From Botryllus schlosseri (taxonomy: Eukaryota): a DNA stretch of 64,000 nucleotides. A program made the translations under genes and the position numbers. This document shows, piece by piece, positions 52,470-61,944 of the stretch (its first letter is position 1; the number at the start of each line of letters is the position of its first letter). The notes beneath the pieces are model-generated. The model did no database searches. It was given only the letters and a program-made list of their open reading frames with translations, and had not been told where the DNA came from. The stretch lies in the NCBI GenBank assembly GCA_051294905.1, contig CM119379.1, positions 16,244,001 to 16,308,000 on the forward strand. Reading direction: 5' to 3'.

Positions 52470-52690
52470 TGCCCTATGGCCTATGGGGTGCCCAAGACAA
52501 TTAAAAGTATGGAGCGATGGGCTCCTCTTCCCGCCGTCGCCGTTCTTACGGCGAAAAAAAAGCCCAGAAAAAGACCCGACGAAAGAAAGCGCTCACAAGG
52601 AATGGAAAGAACTAGTAGAAAGGGCCGCGGCTTCAAAAGATCAACATCGAAAAGGACCGTGACATCGGGCACTCTAGGCTGAGGTGGATG
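52470..52690 (+). mobile_element. possible 3'-end remnant of a non-LTR retrotransposon ORF
   Basis: Frame-shifted peptides MERWAP...KKPRKRP and HKEWKELVERAA loosely resemble RTE-type RT C-termini; weak. Confidence 0.22.
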
Positions 52691-53238
52691 TTAGATTAAA
52701 AGTCTCGCTACGGATGCGTGTCGTTCGACATCCTCATATCTGTTCATGACATCGCATTGTGTCTTATCGCATTGTACATTTTGTGTGACTTGTTCAGATG
52801 AAAAATATAACCCAACGATTAATATTAAGACATGTCGAGCTGGCTGTCAGAATTATTGACACATGACAGGCCGTGCCTGGTCGTTTCGAAATCCTCCTAT
52901 CTGCATTATGCTTTCTCTCTTGCATCGTGATGTTTGCGTATTGAGTGGATGAAAACAATACCAACTGCTGATTAGGAATATGACTTCAAATCCTTTCCAA
53001 ATCAGTCACCTCAATTTTTTCAGATTTCAATGATTTATGTCACGCACCACAGAAGCTAGAAATTGGCACAGAGGTAAAAATGATGGGCATTTTGCCTTTG
53101 ACTGATTTGCATAAACACGATTCACGAAGAACCAGCTGTCAGTACAAATCTCCACTAGCATCGACGGTTAGCCTGCGTTGATTTTTGTGGACCGACAGGC
53201 AAATTCTAAAGGGTGACGAAGATATTTTTCTGCCTAAA

Positions 53239-53262
53239 ATGGTTCTTCGACCAGAGCAAGAG
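53239..53262 (+). CDS. RWDD4: RWDD4 exon 1 (MVLRPEQE)
   Basis: aaaATG...GAG|GTGAGT; 24 nt, phase 0, joins EEIEVL. Confidence 0.8.
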
Positions 53263-56200
53263 GTGAGTGAATAAAGCAAATGACCGCTGCTTCTTCGCCT
53301 ATTCCCACACCCCTGTAAGCCTGTAAGCCAAGGGTAGGCTACTGTCTACATAGGAAAAGACAAAGAAGTGTCAGAGGACCTGCCGATTGGTCAGCACTGT
53401 GTACCGTACGTCAAGGGTAGTCAAGGAGAGGGTTACAAAGTATCTTATATTTACAGTGAATATTTGCATCACATCTGGTAACAATTTTGAATTCTTGGAT
53501 TTTCAACAGTCTAAGCTTTCATACGACTATCACTTTGTCAGAATAGGAAGTTGAGATTACTGTTACGCCGAATCGCTAAAGCACCGCTTTATAACGACGA
53601 GGTTATCGGTCGCCCGTTCGGACGGCGAATTAGTCACGTCACAGTTCATCAACATCACTGACTACCCAAATGCAAATTTGATAAAACTGGTACGAATCGG
53701 AAGCTATTCTCGCCCAGTTTCTGAAAGTGTAAATTATAATCAGTTCACGACACCCTTGAAGTTGAGAATATACAATGTTCAAAACAACCGCAGCACCACA
53801 ATGCAACAAGCTATCTAGTTTTGTATTTTAGGTCGTCACATACACATGTTTGGATACTACTTATGATAACACAGGGCAGGAGTCTATAGTGGTTCCAGTG
53901 CCCTGACGAGATTATTATGGGTTGTGTTGGAAAGTATTTGATATCATTAGCATGTTACATAACTAAAATGTTATGCTCCTTTCCTTCTGCGCACATACAG
54001 GAAGAAATAGAAGTTCTGGAATCAATATTTGAAGGGGATGAAGCATTCAAGCATGTAAAGGATACGGAATTTCAGTACAAGGTAACAATCTATATGGTCA
54101 TCATGGACTACCATACGTTTTCCTAGTTGCTGATCACTCGAAGATGACCACGATTTTTAATTCAATTACCTACAATCTTGATGCTTTTTGGTGAATTGCG
54201 AAAAAAACAAACGACTCAGTTTGTCTGCTGTTGACAAATTTTGATTAACAACCCCATTGGAATCATTAAAATAAATGGTGGATCTATGGTGGACTCATAT
54301 TAGGCCATCTACATGTCGCTAGATGTCCCGACAAATTACCCGACGTAAGGTTACGCATTTGTGCGTCACAGACGACGCAAATTTGTCGGGCAAAATTGTT
54401 TCGCGAGGTTACCCGATAAAACAGCAGGGGAAATCTCGTATATCGGGTAATGGAAACGTTCGTCCTGAGATTTTAGTTTGGTTTAGGTATTTCCATGGCT
54501 GTATAATTGATTTTAAGTCAGTTTTATAACATAAGTGACTTTTAGCCCCTTTGGGTATAATTATATCGTCGAATGGCGATATGTCTAAAGTAACATACGA
54601 AACAAACCTGATATGGAAGAGCCAATTTAGCTTCCGATTTAAAACAACCCGCTTTGCGAAACATATTATAATTTAGACTGTAAAAATGTTTGTTGTAGCA
54701 TATTTGTGAACTTCAAGTGTTCACTAAGGTTATTCACGTTGAGAACCGGTCCTATTCGGAATATACATGGCACATCAATAGGCTGCCTAAAGTTTCACAG
54801 TTCCAAACGACTCCTTTAGCAGTGATATGCGTTCTTATTTGCCTCTGACAACTATGCAATGGAAAACATCACATGGATGAATGTTAATAAACAATTATAA
54901 ACTATCGAATGTAATGCAATGTGTAGTTTCGATAGATAAACCCTGTGACATGTAAAACGGCGAATCTGTCGGGTAAGCTGTCGCCATTCGGGGAGTCCCC
55001 CTGCGTAATAATCACTGTCGGGTAAATATAATGGACATGTAGATAGCTCTATTGTTGTGCATATCAGACAAAATTACTAAAATGCATTCGTATCTGTGAT
55101 GAAATTGTCAGTCAAATCATGTCTGCTGCTGAGAATTTCTGTGATTTTCTTTCAGATTGGCGAAGATGGTTCCCCGAAGTCATTCCTGCTCACGATTACA
55201 TGGCCTAAAGAATACCCGGATGTCCTGCCTGAGTTCAACGTGAACTCGTTCTATAATAATCATCTGTACGTACTCTGAACAGTTTCGATACAAAAACTAT
55301 AAATCTGACTGCCACGAAACAACTATGGAATAGTCGCCCGGACAAAATCTGTCTTTGTAGAAATACCGGGGTCGCTGATTATTATCGGCCTGTTCAATGA
55401 TGCCATCACTCTTACAACTTTCCCAAATAAGAGGGTCTTCGGTGCTGTTGGATTGATTCATGAGGACCGTATGAGTTCAGCCATCAGTGCAGATGCGTTT
55501 CCCAACTAATGCATAGCTGTTCGATTAGAGTACCAAATTTCTTACTCAATAGGAGTTATATCACAACTGAATGAAATGAATATGGGATCAAATGACCGTA
55601 ACTAATTTAAAGTCTCAGATTAAACATGCCTTACTTTAATTATTATTGGTATTCGATCTAATATCGGACTGGCTCTGCTAGCGAATGTGTCAGACTTATT
55701 CTCTGGCTGGGTCACAATCTTTCACAAAAGTGACATATTTGAAACAGAACATCCTCATACAGTATAACGGTTATGTCCGTCACGTTGACAGAATACCCGA
55801 AGTTAAGGACCTGATCGTCAAATCAGCGGTCGAACAGGCGGAGCCATTGCTGGGAGACGCTGTAACGTACACGGTGATCGACTGGGCCAAGGAGAACATG
55901 GATTCACTGCTGGAGAACCAGCCTACCTTCGCGGCAAAAACAACGGTGAACTATTTTGATATATTTCGTAACCATGAAAAAGAATCGTGCATTACAAATG
56001 AAATATAATAGCTCGGGAAATATCACACGAAAGTAATGTGTTTACAAGGTCGAAAAGACGGTGACGGAAGACGACACGCCAATGGGCAAAAAGAAGGAAA
56101 AGAAAGAGCAATTGTCGAAAGCTCAAAAGAGAAAACTTGCGGACCGTGTCAGTGAGTATATATCACACAACCGTCAGAGGCGGTGATGGTAGTAAGCTTT

Positions 56201-56710
56201 GCCACTCCAGTAGAAGGTAGAAGAAAATCAAAGGTATCAAAAGTCCCCGAATGGATTCGGTCGAGGTTTTGCGTATGCTTGGCAGTCTGGAATTGCAAGA
56301 CACATTTCTGCAACCAACTCGAAAATTCTTGAAAAAATATACTCAACAATTCGATCAGTGCGATGGCGATTTCACTCGTAAAAGTGACATAACTTGACCC
56401 AAAACTACTTTCTACTTTTCAAAAATACTTAGTGTGAACAGTGATAATTGACAGTAAAGTGCAAGCAGGCAAACCTACTTGAGAACGTTGAAAAGTATAC
56501 GAACGTTGTACATATCTGTTAAAAACAGTGCAACGAAAGTAAACGCGATACGATATATTCAGATGCTGGTGGTGAGCGTCCTCGCGGCTGGGATTGGGTG
56601 GATGTGATACGCCACGTGAGTAACTCAAATTTCCATACTGGCCAGCGCGAAACTTCATAAACGGTCTATTGCAGCTTTCTCAAACCGGCGGTAAGCCAGA
56701 GGATGATTAA
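53239..56710 (+). CDS. RWDD4: RWD domain-containing protein 4, 7 coding exons, 186 aa
   Basis: Join 53239-53262, 54001-54081, 55156-55265, 55792-55945, 56049-56151, 56563-56615, 56675-56710 = 561 nt open frame with GT-AG introns. RWD motifs (EIEVLESIF, WPKEYPDVLP) and RWDD4-type tail KEQLSKAQKRKLAD...PRGWDWVDVIRHLS. Confidence 0.94.
54001..54081 (+). CDS. RWDD4: RWDD4 exon 2
   Basis: catacag|GAA...AAG|GTAACA; EEIEVLESIFEGDEAFKHVKDTEFQYK. Confidence 0.95.
54320..55041. mobile_element. decayed TIR element in RWDD4 intron 2
   Basis: TAGATGTCC..TTACCCGAC at the left and GTCGGGTAA..GGACATGTA at the right; repeated TACCCGA motifs; no TSD. Confidence 0.45.
55156..55265 (+). CDS. RWDD4: RWDD4 exon 3
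   Basis: ttctttcag|ATT...CT|GTACGT; IGEDGSPKSFLLTITWPKEYPDVLPEFNVNSFYNNH. Confidence 0.95.
55792..55945 (+). CDS. RWDD4: RWDD4 exon 4
   Basis: gttgacag|A ATA...ACG|GTGAAC; IPEVKDLIVKSAVEQAEPLLGDAVTYTVIDWAKENM. Confidence 0.92.
56049..56151 (+). CDS. RWDD4: RWDD4 exon 5
   Basis: tttacaag|GTC (AAG acceptor)...GTC A|GTGAGT; KKKEKKEQLSKAQKRKLADRV. Confidence 0.88.
56563..56615 (+). CDS. RWDD4: RWDD4 exon 6
   Basis: atattcag|AT...CAC|GTGAGT; NAGGERPRGWDWVDVIRH. Confidence 0.94.
56675..56710 (+). CDS. RWDD4: RWDD4 last coding exon (LSQTGGKPEDD*)
   Basis: tattgcag|CTT...TAA. Confidence 0.9.
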   Translation, partial: LSQTGGKPEDD

Positions 56711-56927
56711 CGGCATAAGTTCACTCTCGTGTGACAAGTGAAGCCGGAATTAGCAACCGATCCTTCAGCGCGGCATCGGAAACGACTTGGAACCCCACCG
56801 TCCGGGAACAACCGAAACACCTGTGTAATTTGTAGCACAGCCCGTCTGTTTCGCACCAGCGAGAGTTCAGACCTGAAATGCGAGTGCGCATGTTCGAATT
56901 GTTTCTTTTGAAATCTGTATTCAAAAG

Positions 56928-56995
56928 CGTGTCGGCCGAAAATATTCGGGTTTATTTCATAATGAAATATGAACGTACTATTCAATTGTTTGAAT
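56928..56995. mobile_element. arm fragment of the hairpin-core MITE family in the RWDD4 3' region
   Basis: GTGTCGGCCGAAAATATTCGGGTTTATTTCA matches the reverse complement of the 8250-8290 arm. Confidence 0.55.
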
Positions 56996-57171
56996 TGCTG
57001 AGGTTCTCAAACTGGGGACCAGTTTTAAGGGGTTCGGGGAAAGACCACAATGTTACGATTACAGCTATAAATTGTAAAACAACCCACCGTATATACCATT
57101 GAGGGGCAGTTGGTGAAAATTGTGACTCTTTTCGAGCCAAGGTTTTCAAATTCATTCTCTCATATAAGGAC

Positions 57172-57177
57172 AATAAA
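57172..57177 (+). terminator. candidate polyadenylation signal AATAAA for RWDD4
   Basis: First canonical AATAAA after the RWDD4 stop (~460 nt). Confidence 0.4.
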
Positions 57178-57460
57178 TTTTATGGGGTCCACGCAACATT
57201 GTCGACTTTTTAAAAATGTTTCTGTTTCAGTGCAATAGATATGAGCACAGTCCACAAAAGCCTGCCCAGTGCCCACATAAATGTTTGGGCTGGCAATTTT
57301 TTTTACCTTTCATAGGGATTTGGTCAGAATTTTGCATAGTATGATAAGTTTGAGGCGGTCCACGTCACTGCTCAAAGAAATTGGAGGCCCGCGCTAAAAT
57401 AGCGTAATAACTATTGTACTGACTGGTCCTAGAGTTCTTGTGGCCTAAGAGCGTGCCACG

Positions 57461-57500
57461 ATCAGTAAATTCAACACACCATCAGTAAATTCAACCCACC
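57461..57500. repeat. 20-bp tandem duplication (19/20 identical)
   Basis: ATCAGTAAATTCAACACACC / ATCAGTAAATTCAACCCACC. Confidence 0.9.
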
Positions 57501-58644
57501 ATCCGTTTCAAAAATCCGCAGCGCCATGAATTGTAGGTCTTCAACTCGAACGGTGAACAGCCGCCTTTCACTCACGTTAACCGCTGACGAGTGTTTCTCT
57601 GCCATCCAATTGTTTAAAAACGAGAATCGCGTTTCTTCGCTCTCGATTTCGGCACCTGGCTGGCATAGCTGTTCATTGCAACCGACACACCAGAGAGCGT
57701 TTTTCAATTCCTGGCAAAAGGTTCAATGTTTAAGCGTGCAGCTCCAATGCCATCAAACATGAAATGGTGGGTATTTGATGATCCCCACAAAAATCTCTTC
57801 GAATATGAAGTAGTAAATCTCTGGTCATTAAATGTCCCACAACCGTTATACTTCCAAGTACCTTCTGCAACATTACTACCTGGTCGTAGGCTCAACATTT
57901 AAACTTTGTTTCCCCCTCATTGGTTGTAAAAAACACCGTGCTAGCGCAGGGTTAAAAAGGATGTTCATTCATAGTGCAATGATGCAAGAGCTAGATAGGT
58001 CGCGTGTATTTGCCTTACTCTTTTTGTCGTCAGTGAACAAAGCTAAACTATGACACTTCGTAATACAATTTTGGTGGAATGAGGGTGATTTCCAGTTCAT
58101 ATCATGCATTCATGGTAACCCAACTTGGGATGAAAGAGCATCATGATCAACTTTAAATGTCAAGGTTTTATCAAATGGGCAGTAGGGCTGGGAGAAAGTG
58201 CCCGAGTACTGCTTACCTCATTCTTCTGCAGTAGTCACGGTAGCGAACATTACTAGGACTTGGGGAATCATTAATGACTTTTTACGACTTTCAGTTACAA
58301 TTTACTCTTAAGAGTACCTGATTTCAATAATTTAGCTCCTATAACTCTATGGGGCGACATTTCAAGATTGCTACAAAAGTGTGTTCGATCCGTGCCAGGT
58401 AGTATAAAAGTACCCCTAGGCCCTACCGAGTACCGATGTGTGTCAATGTCGGTACAAGCGTCTATCATCTCAGTTCGTATAGTAGCGAGTAATAACCAAG
58501 CTATCCAAGGCCCAGGCATCACTATGTAAAGTGTAAACCAGAGTGGACTGAGAACACGTACGCAAGTATACCGGTCATTGTTAATTGGCGTGAAGGCCAA
58601 CAGTTTGAGAAGCCCTTCTAAAGAACAGAAAAGAGGTATAGGCT

Positions 58645-58810
58645 TCGACTAGCTAGCGTGGTGATAGAACGACCGGCCTCTTGATCAGTAGGTCGTGGAT
58701 TGAATCCTACGCTAGAACAGATCAAAGACTTAGCAATAAAACTGATAGCTTTGGCTAAGCAATCAGCGTGGAGAGGAAAATGGGGCAAATGGTTCCTTCT
58801 CATCCCCATT
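58645..58810 (+). mobile_element. diverged SINE family 1 copy
   Basis: TCTTGAT..GTAGGTCGTGG shared with the 48985 copy; degenerate B-box GGATTGAATCC; AAAGACT...GCTAAGCAATCAGC core remnant. Confidence 0.45.
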
Positions 58811-59691
58811 GTCTAAGCCAGTGCTTTTCAACCTGTGTGATGGTTCGCACTTGTACGAATGAAAAAAATCGAAGTGCAAATGACGAAAGTGGTGTGAATA
58901 AAAATCCAACGTAGAATAATTCAAATAAACCTAATAGGAAATTCGAGGGCATTGTAACTGTTGCAGTTGAGACGCAACTGTGAAAACTTGTTCAACTGAC
59001 GACGCAACACTAATCGTAGCTCTCACAAGCCGTAGTGAATTACTATTTTCGCACTATAATGATTACGTAACCAAAAGCCTGGTTTGGAAGCTGGTGTAGT
59101 AGCAGAGATACAGTATACCAGCCCAACTGAGCCTGCGACAGGCTGAAAAATGACGTCAAATTGACTTTCTGCTTTCGTTCGCTAAACAACCATCATATTT
59201 CCGTAATAACTGTTTGATTAGCGCGAGGCACGAGGATAGTAGTAAATACCAGCATTACAGACTCACATTTTCATGTTACTGCAGGGGTGGGCAACATACG
59301 GCCCGCGGGCCGGATCCGGCCCGCGAAGGGATTTTGTCCGGCCCGCGGACAGTTTTCTGTCTTACATGATAATGTGGCCCGTGGCCCCAGTATTCAGAGA
59401 TTCCCTGCTACTTGCGTAAACGTCAAATTTTAGTGACTGTATGTTATTATACACATGTATGCGCACTGAGCAGTGAGCGAGGGTGGTGCTTACTCGTAAG
59501 TTAGTCGAAGCGAGAAGACTTGCATTATCGGCATTTACGATGTACTCAACCCTAATGTCATTTGTGGTAATGATGGTATTTGTCGACTACAATGGTCATT
59601 TACACTAGGCCGATATTTCATATTTTTGATTCCGTAACCGCCGACTTGTAGCACGACACACTTCTAGGCTTTTGTAAGACATCGCTTATGC

Positions 59692-59810
59692 CAGGGGTCG
59701 CCAACTCGAAACGGATCGCGGGCCACTTTCAAATTTTGTAGAGGCCGCGGGCCGCATGAATTCAATATCGAGATAAAATAGGTCACACAGTTGAACAACC
59801 ACGCTATATC
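59692..59810 (+). mobile_element. left-end fragment of the 634/2940 MITE family inside the nest
   Basis: CAGGGGTCGCCAACTCGAAACGGATCGCGGGCCAC...; no matching right end found. Confidence 0.7.
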
Positions 59811-59826
59811 TCGTTACCTACTAAAC

Positions 59827-60613
59827 CAGGGTGGCCAACCTGCGGCCGTAGAAGGGAAATTTGTGGACAAGTAGGCTAATTCAATTAGGACCTATGTGCG
59901 GGCGGCCGTCGACATGCAATTTGAATTTACAAATTGAGTCTCGATTTTTTGAGAGATCCTAATCAATCTTGAAATTTTCTTCGCGCTGCGAGCGATTCAA
60001 TGTGACTTCGTTTATCGATTTTAATATAGTGGCGCCCTTTGCAATCATAGCCCCACAGTACAGACGTGAACAGCAGAGGAAAATGATGCGCCTCATATAG
60101 AAATACCAACTCGAAGTCTTGTACTCCTCACTATACGGACAATCTTGATGGTAGGTCAAGAAATAATAGCATGCAACCAAGTGACTAATTATAATTGGCC
60201 CACCCGAAGATGCATCATCATTGATATCTTGTCCTAAATTTTCGAAAAACACACCCTCCATCAAATCTACAGTTGAATCTGATGACATCGGATGAGAAAT
60301 AATATGAAAAATACTATTATTTGTGACGAAATTCATAGGTGAATCGGAAAATATTTTCGCGCTTCGCGCGATTATGTACGGCCCATAACATAACCATGAC
60401 CAGTCACCAGTGACCACTCGCGAAGTCGGTGCGTATAGTAAGCCTATGTGATTAAATGGATAAGTCCGGAGTTCACCGGGAAAGGACATGGACACTATAA
60501 CATGTGTATTTGGCGTCCAGATAGTTCATTACGACTATGCCTTGGAATGCGGCCGTAGGCTACATGAGTAGTCGAAATGCGGCCGTGAATGGCAAAAAGG
60601 TTGGTCATACCTG
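59827..60613. mobile_element. innermost TSD-bounded hAT MITE of the nest
   Basis: Ends CAGGGTGGCCAACC / GGTTGGTCATACCTG; perfect TSD TACTAAAC. Confidence 0.85.
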
Positions 60614-61313
60614 TACTAAACCCCAATGAAGAGATATATTGGTGAATTTGTAGTACCGGGCTTATCGAACGCCTTGAAATCTTAACTAGTGATTGCACCG
60701 TGGTGATCGATCAGAGAGAAGCAAACATAGTGGTGCCTGTATGACAATGCTGTTCTCAAATCCACATTGTCTTCGTCATTATTGGCGAGAAATGGCTTTG
60801 AAGTTACATTGCTGTCGTTAAAATACATTCATTAAATACGATTTATTCCTTGTATATGTGGATAAATGGGCGAAAAATGTATCGATTCAGCAATCCGGCC
60901 CGCCAAGTATTTAATTTTCCTATATCCGGCCCGCCGACTGGAGAAGTTGCCCGCCCCTGTGTTACTGTAACGAAAATTTTTACCCCGTCAAGGTTTATTA
61001 AAGTACGGACAGCGAATGGTATAATTTTGGGTTGACACGGTACCAGAGCTATCTGTAATATTTGTTGAATTTAATGTTTGGTCAAGAAGGGTTTCAGTGA
61101 ATTAGTTGAAATCAAAACGAGCGAAAAAAGTTGCCATTTTAATGAGACAGTTGATAGCTTAAGTTACATAGTAGCCAATTCGTTGCACATCTGAACAAAA
61201 TGTTGTTAAGTATCTTCATCTACTTTTTGTATAACAATTTTCGGTTAGTTTGTGCGAATGAAATTTCTTTTACAAAAAAGTGCCAATGGATCTCAAAAAG
61301 CACTGGTCTAAGC

Positions 61314-61617
61314 CAATTTCCTTCAATGTGTGTATAATACGTTCAGAATTTTACAGGTGCGATCAGGTCTCATTGCAACTTGCAACTGAAAAGGAGGCCA
61401 TGTGATAGCCTTTTTATAGTTTTAGTCGTTATGATACCAGCGAGGTTGATAATATTAATGGGCGAAAGTGTGGAGCCTTTTTTATGATCCACTTGCAGCT
61501 TCCCATTCAATCTACACATCATCAATATGAACGTGGAACAAAACCCCGAAACTGCGCTGTGTAACTTTTGCGTGAATGTGTTAAGCATACCATACCGATA
61601 AAGGTTGACAAGCACTG
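61314..61617. mobile_element. older hAT MITE sharing the GTCTA(A/T)GC target with the outer nest element
   Basis: Right end GGTTGACAAGCACTG followed by GTCTATGC; degenerate left end CAATTTCCTTCAA preceded by GTCTAAGC. Confidence 0.5.
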
Positions 61618-61700
61618 GTCTATGCAGCGCGACGGTTTAGACAGAAACAAACTGCCTTGTCAATTTGCAGCTCTGGCGAATATCGACCTGGTGAAGTGAA

Positions 61701-61706
61701 TTTATT
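61701..61706 (-). terminator. candidate polyadenylation signal for the unidentified gene
   Basis: AATAAA on the minus strand downstream of the terminal exon. Confidence 0.5.
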
Positions 61707-61861
61707 CCTCGAGAAGCATAATGGTTTTCTGATAGCAAGAAATATTGTCTTAGGTTCCCATAACGTGATTTGCGCAAAACGTGCCAACTATCATCAACGC
61801 TGTAAGTGTGCCACCGATTTCAATCGTCCGAACACATCTACACGTAATCCATTCCCAATAT

Positions 61862-61944
61862 TTAAACCACCTTTTCGGCCTTCTTTATACTTCTCTTCCT
61901 CCGCGGTAGCATATCCAAAGAATTTTCGTCCGCAGCGACAGGCT
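61862..61944 (-). CDS. unidentified gene, terminal coding exon (EPVAADENSLDMLPRRKRSIKKAEKVV*)
   Basis: gttgcatccag|AG, TAA at 61862-61864, AATAAA ~155 nt downstream. Confidence 0.72.

Larger units (their letters stand above)
59282..60959. mobile_element. second-level hAT MITE (CGGCCCGC type)
   Basis: TIR CAGGGGTGGGCAAC / GTTGCCCGCCCCTG; perfect TSD TGTTACTG. Confidence 0.92.
58819..61305. mobile_element. outer hAT-type MITE of the nest
   Basis: Ends CAGTGCTTTT / AAAAGCACTG; perfect TSD GTCTAAGC (58811-58818, 61306-61313). Confidence 0.8.

Noticed and set aside
55266-55791. Intronic snoRNA in RWDD4
   Set aside because: No properly spaced C (RTGATGA) and D (CTGA) boxes with a terminal stem, and no H/ACA pattern seen.
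57471-58600. Additional gene between RWDD4 and the MITE nest
   Set aside because: Short ORFs in several frames with frequent stops, no splice-consistent chain and no recognisable domain.
59959-60495. 178-aa ORF as a transposase or captured gene
   Set aside because: It lies in a MITE interior, the homologous copy at 28-425 has stops in the matching frame, and there is no DDE or zinc-finger motif.
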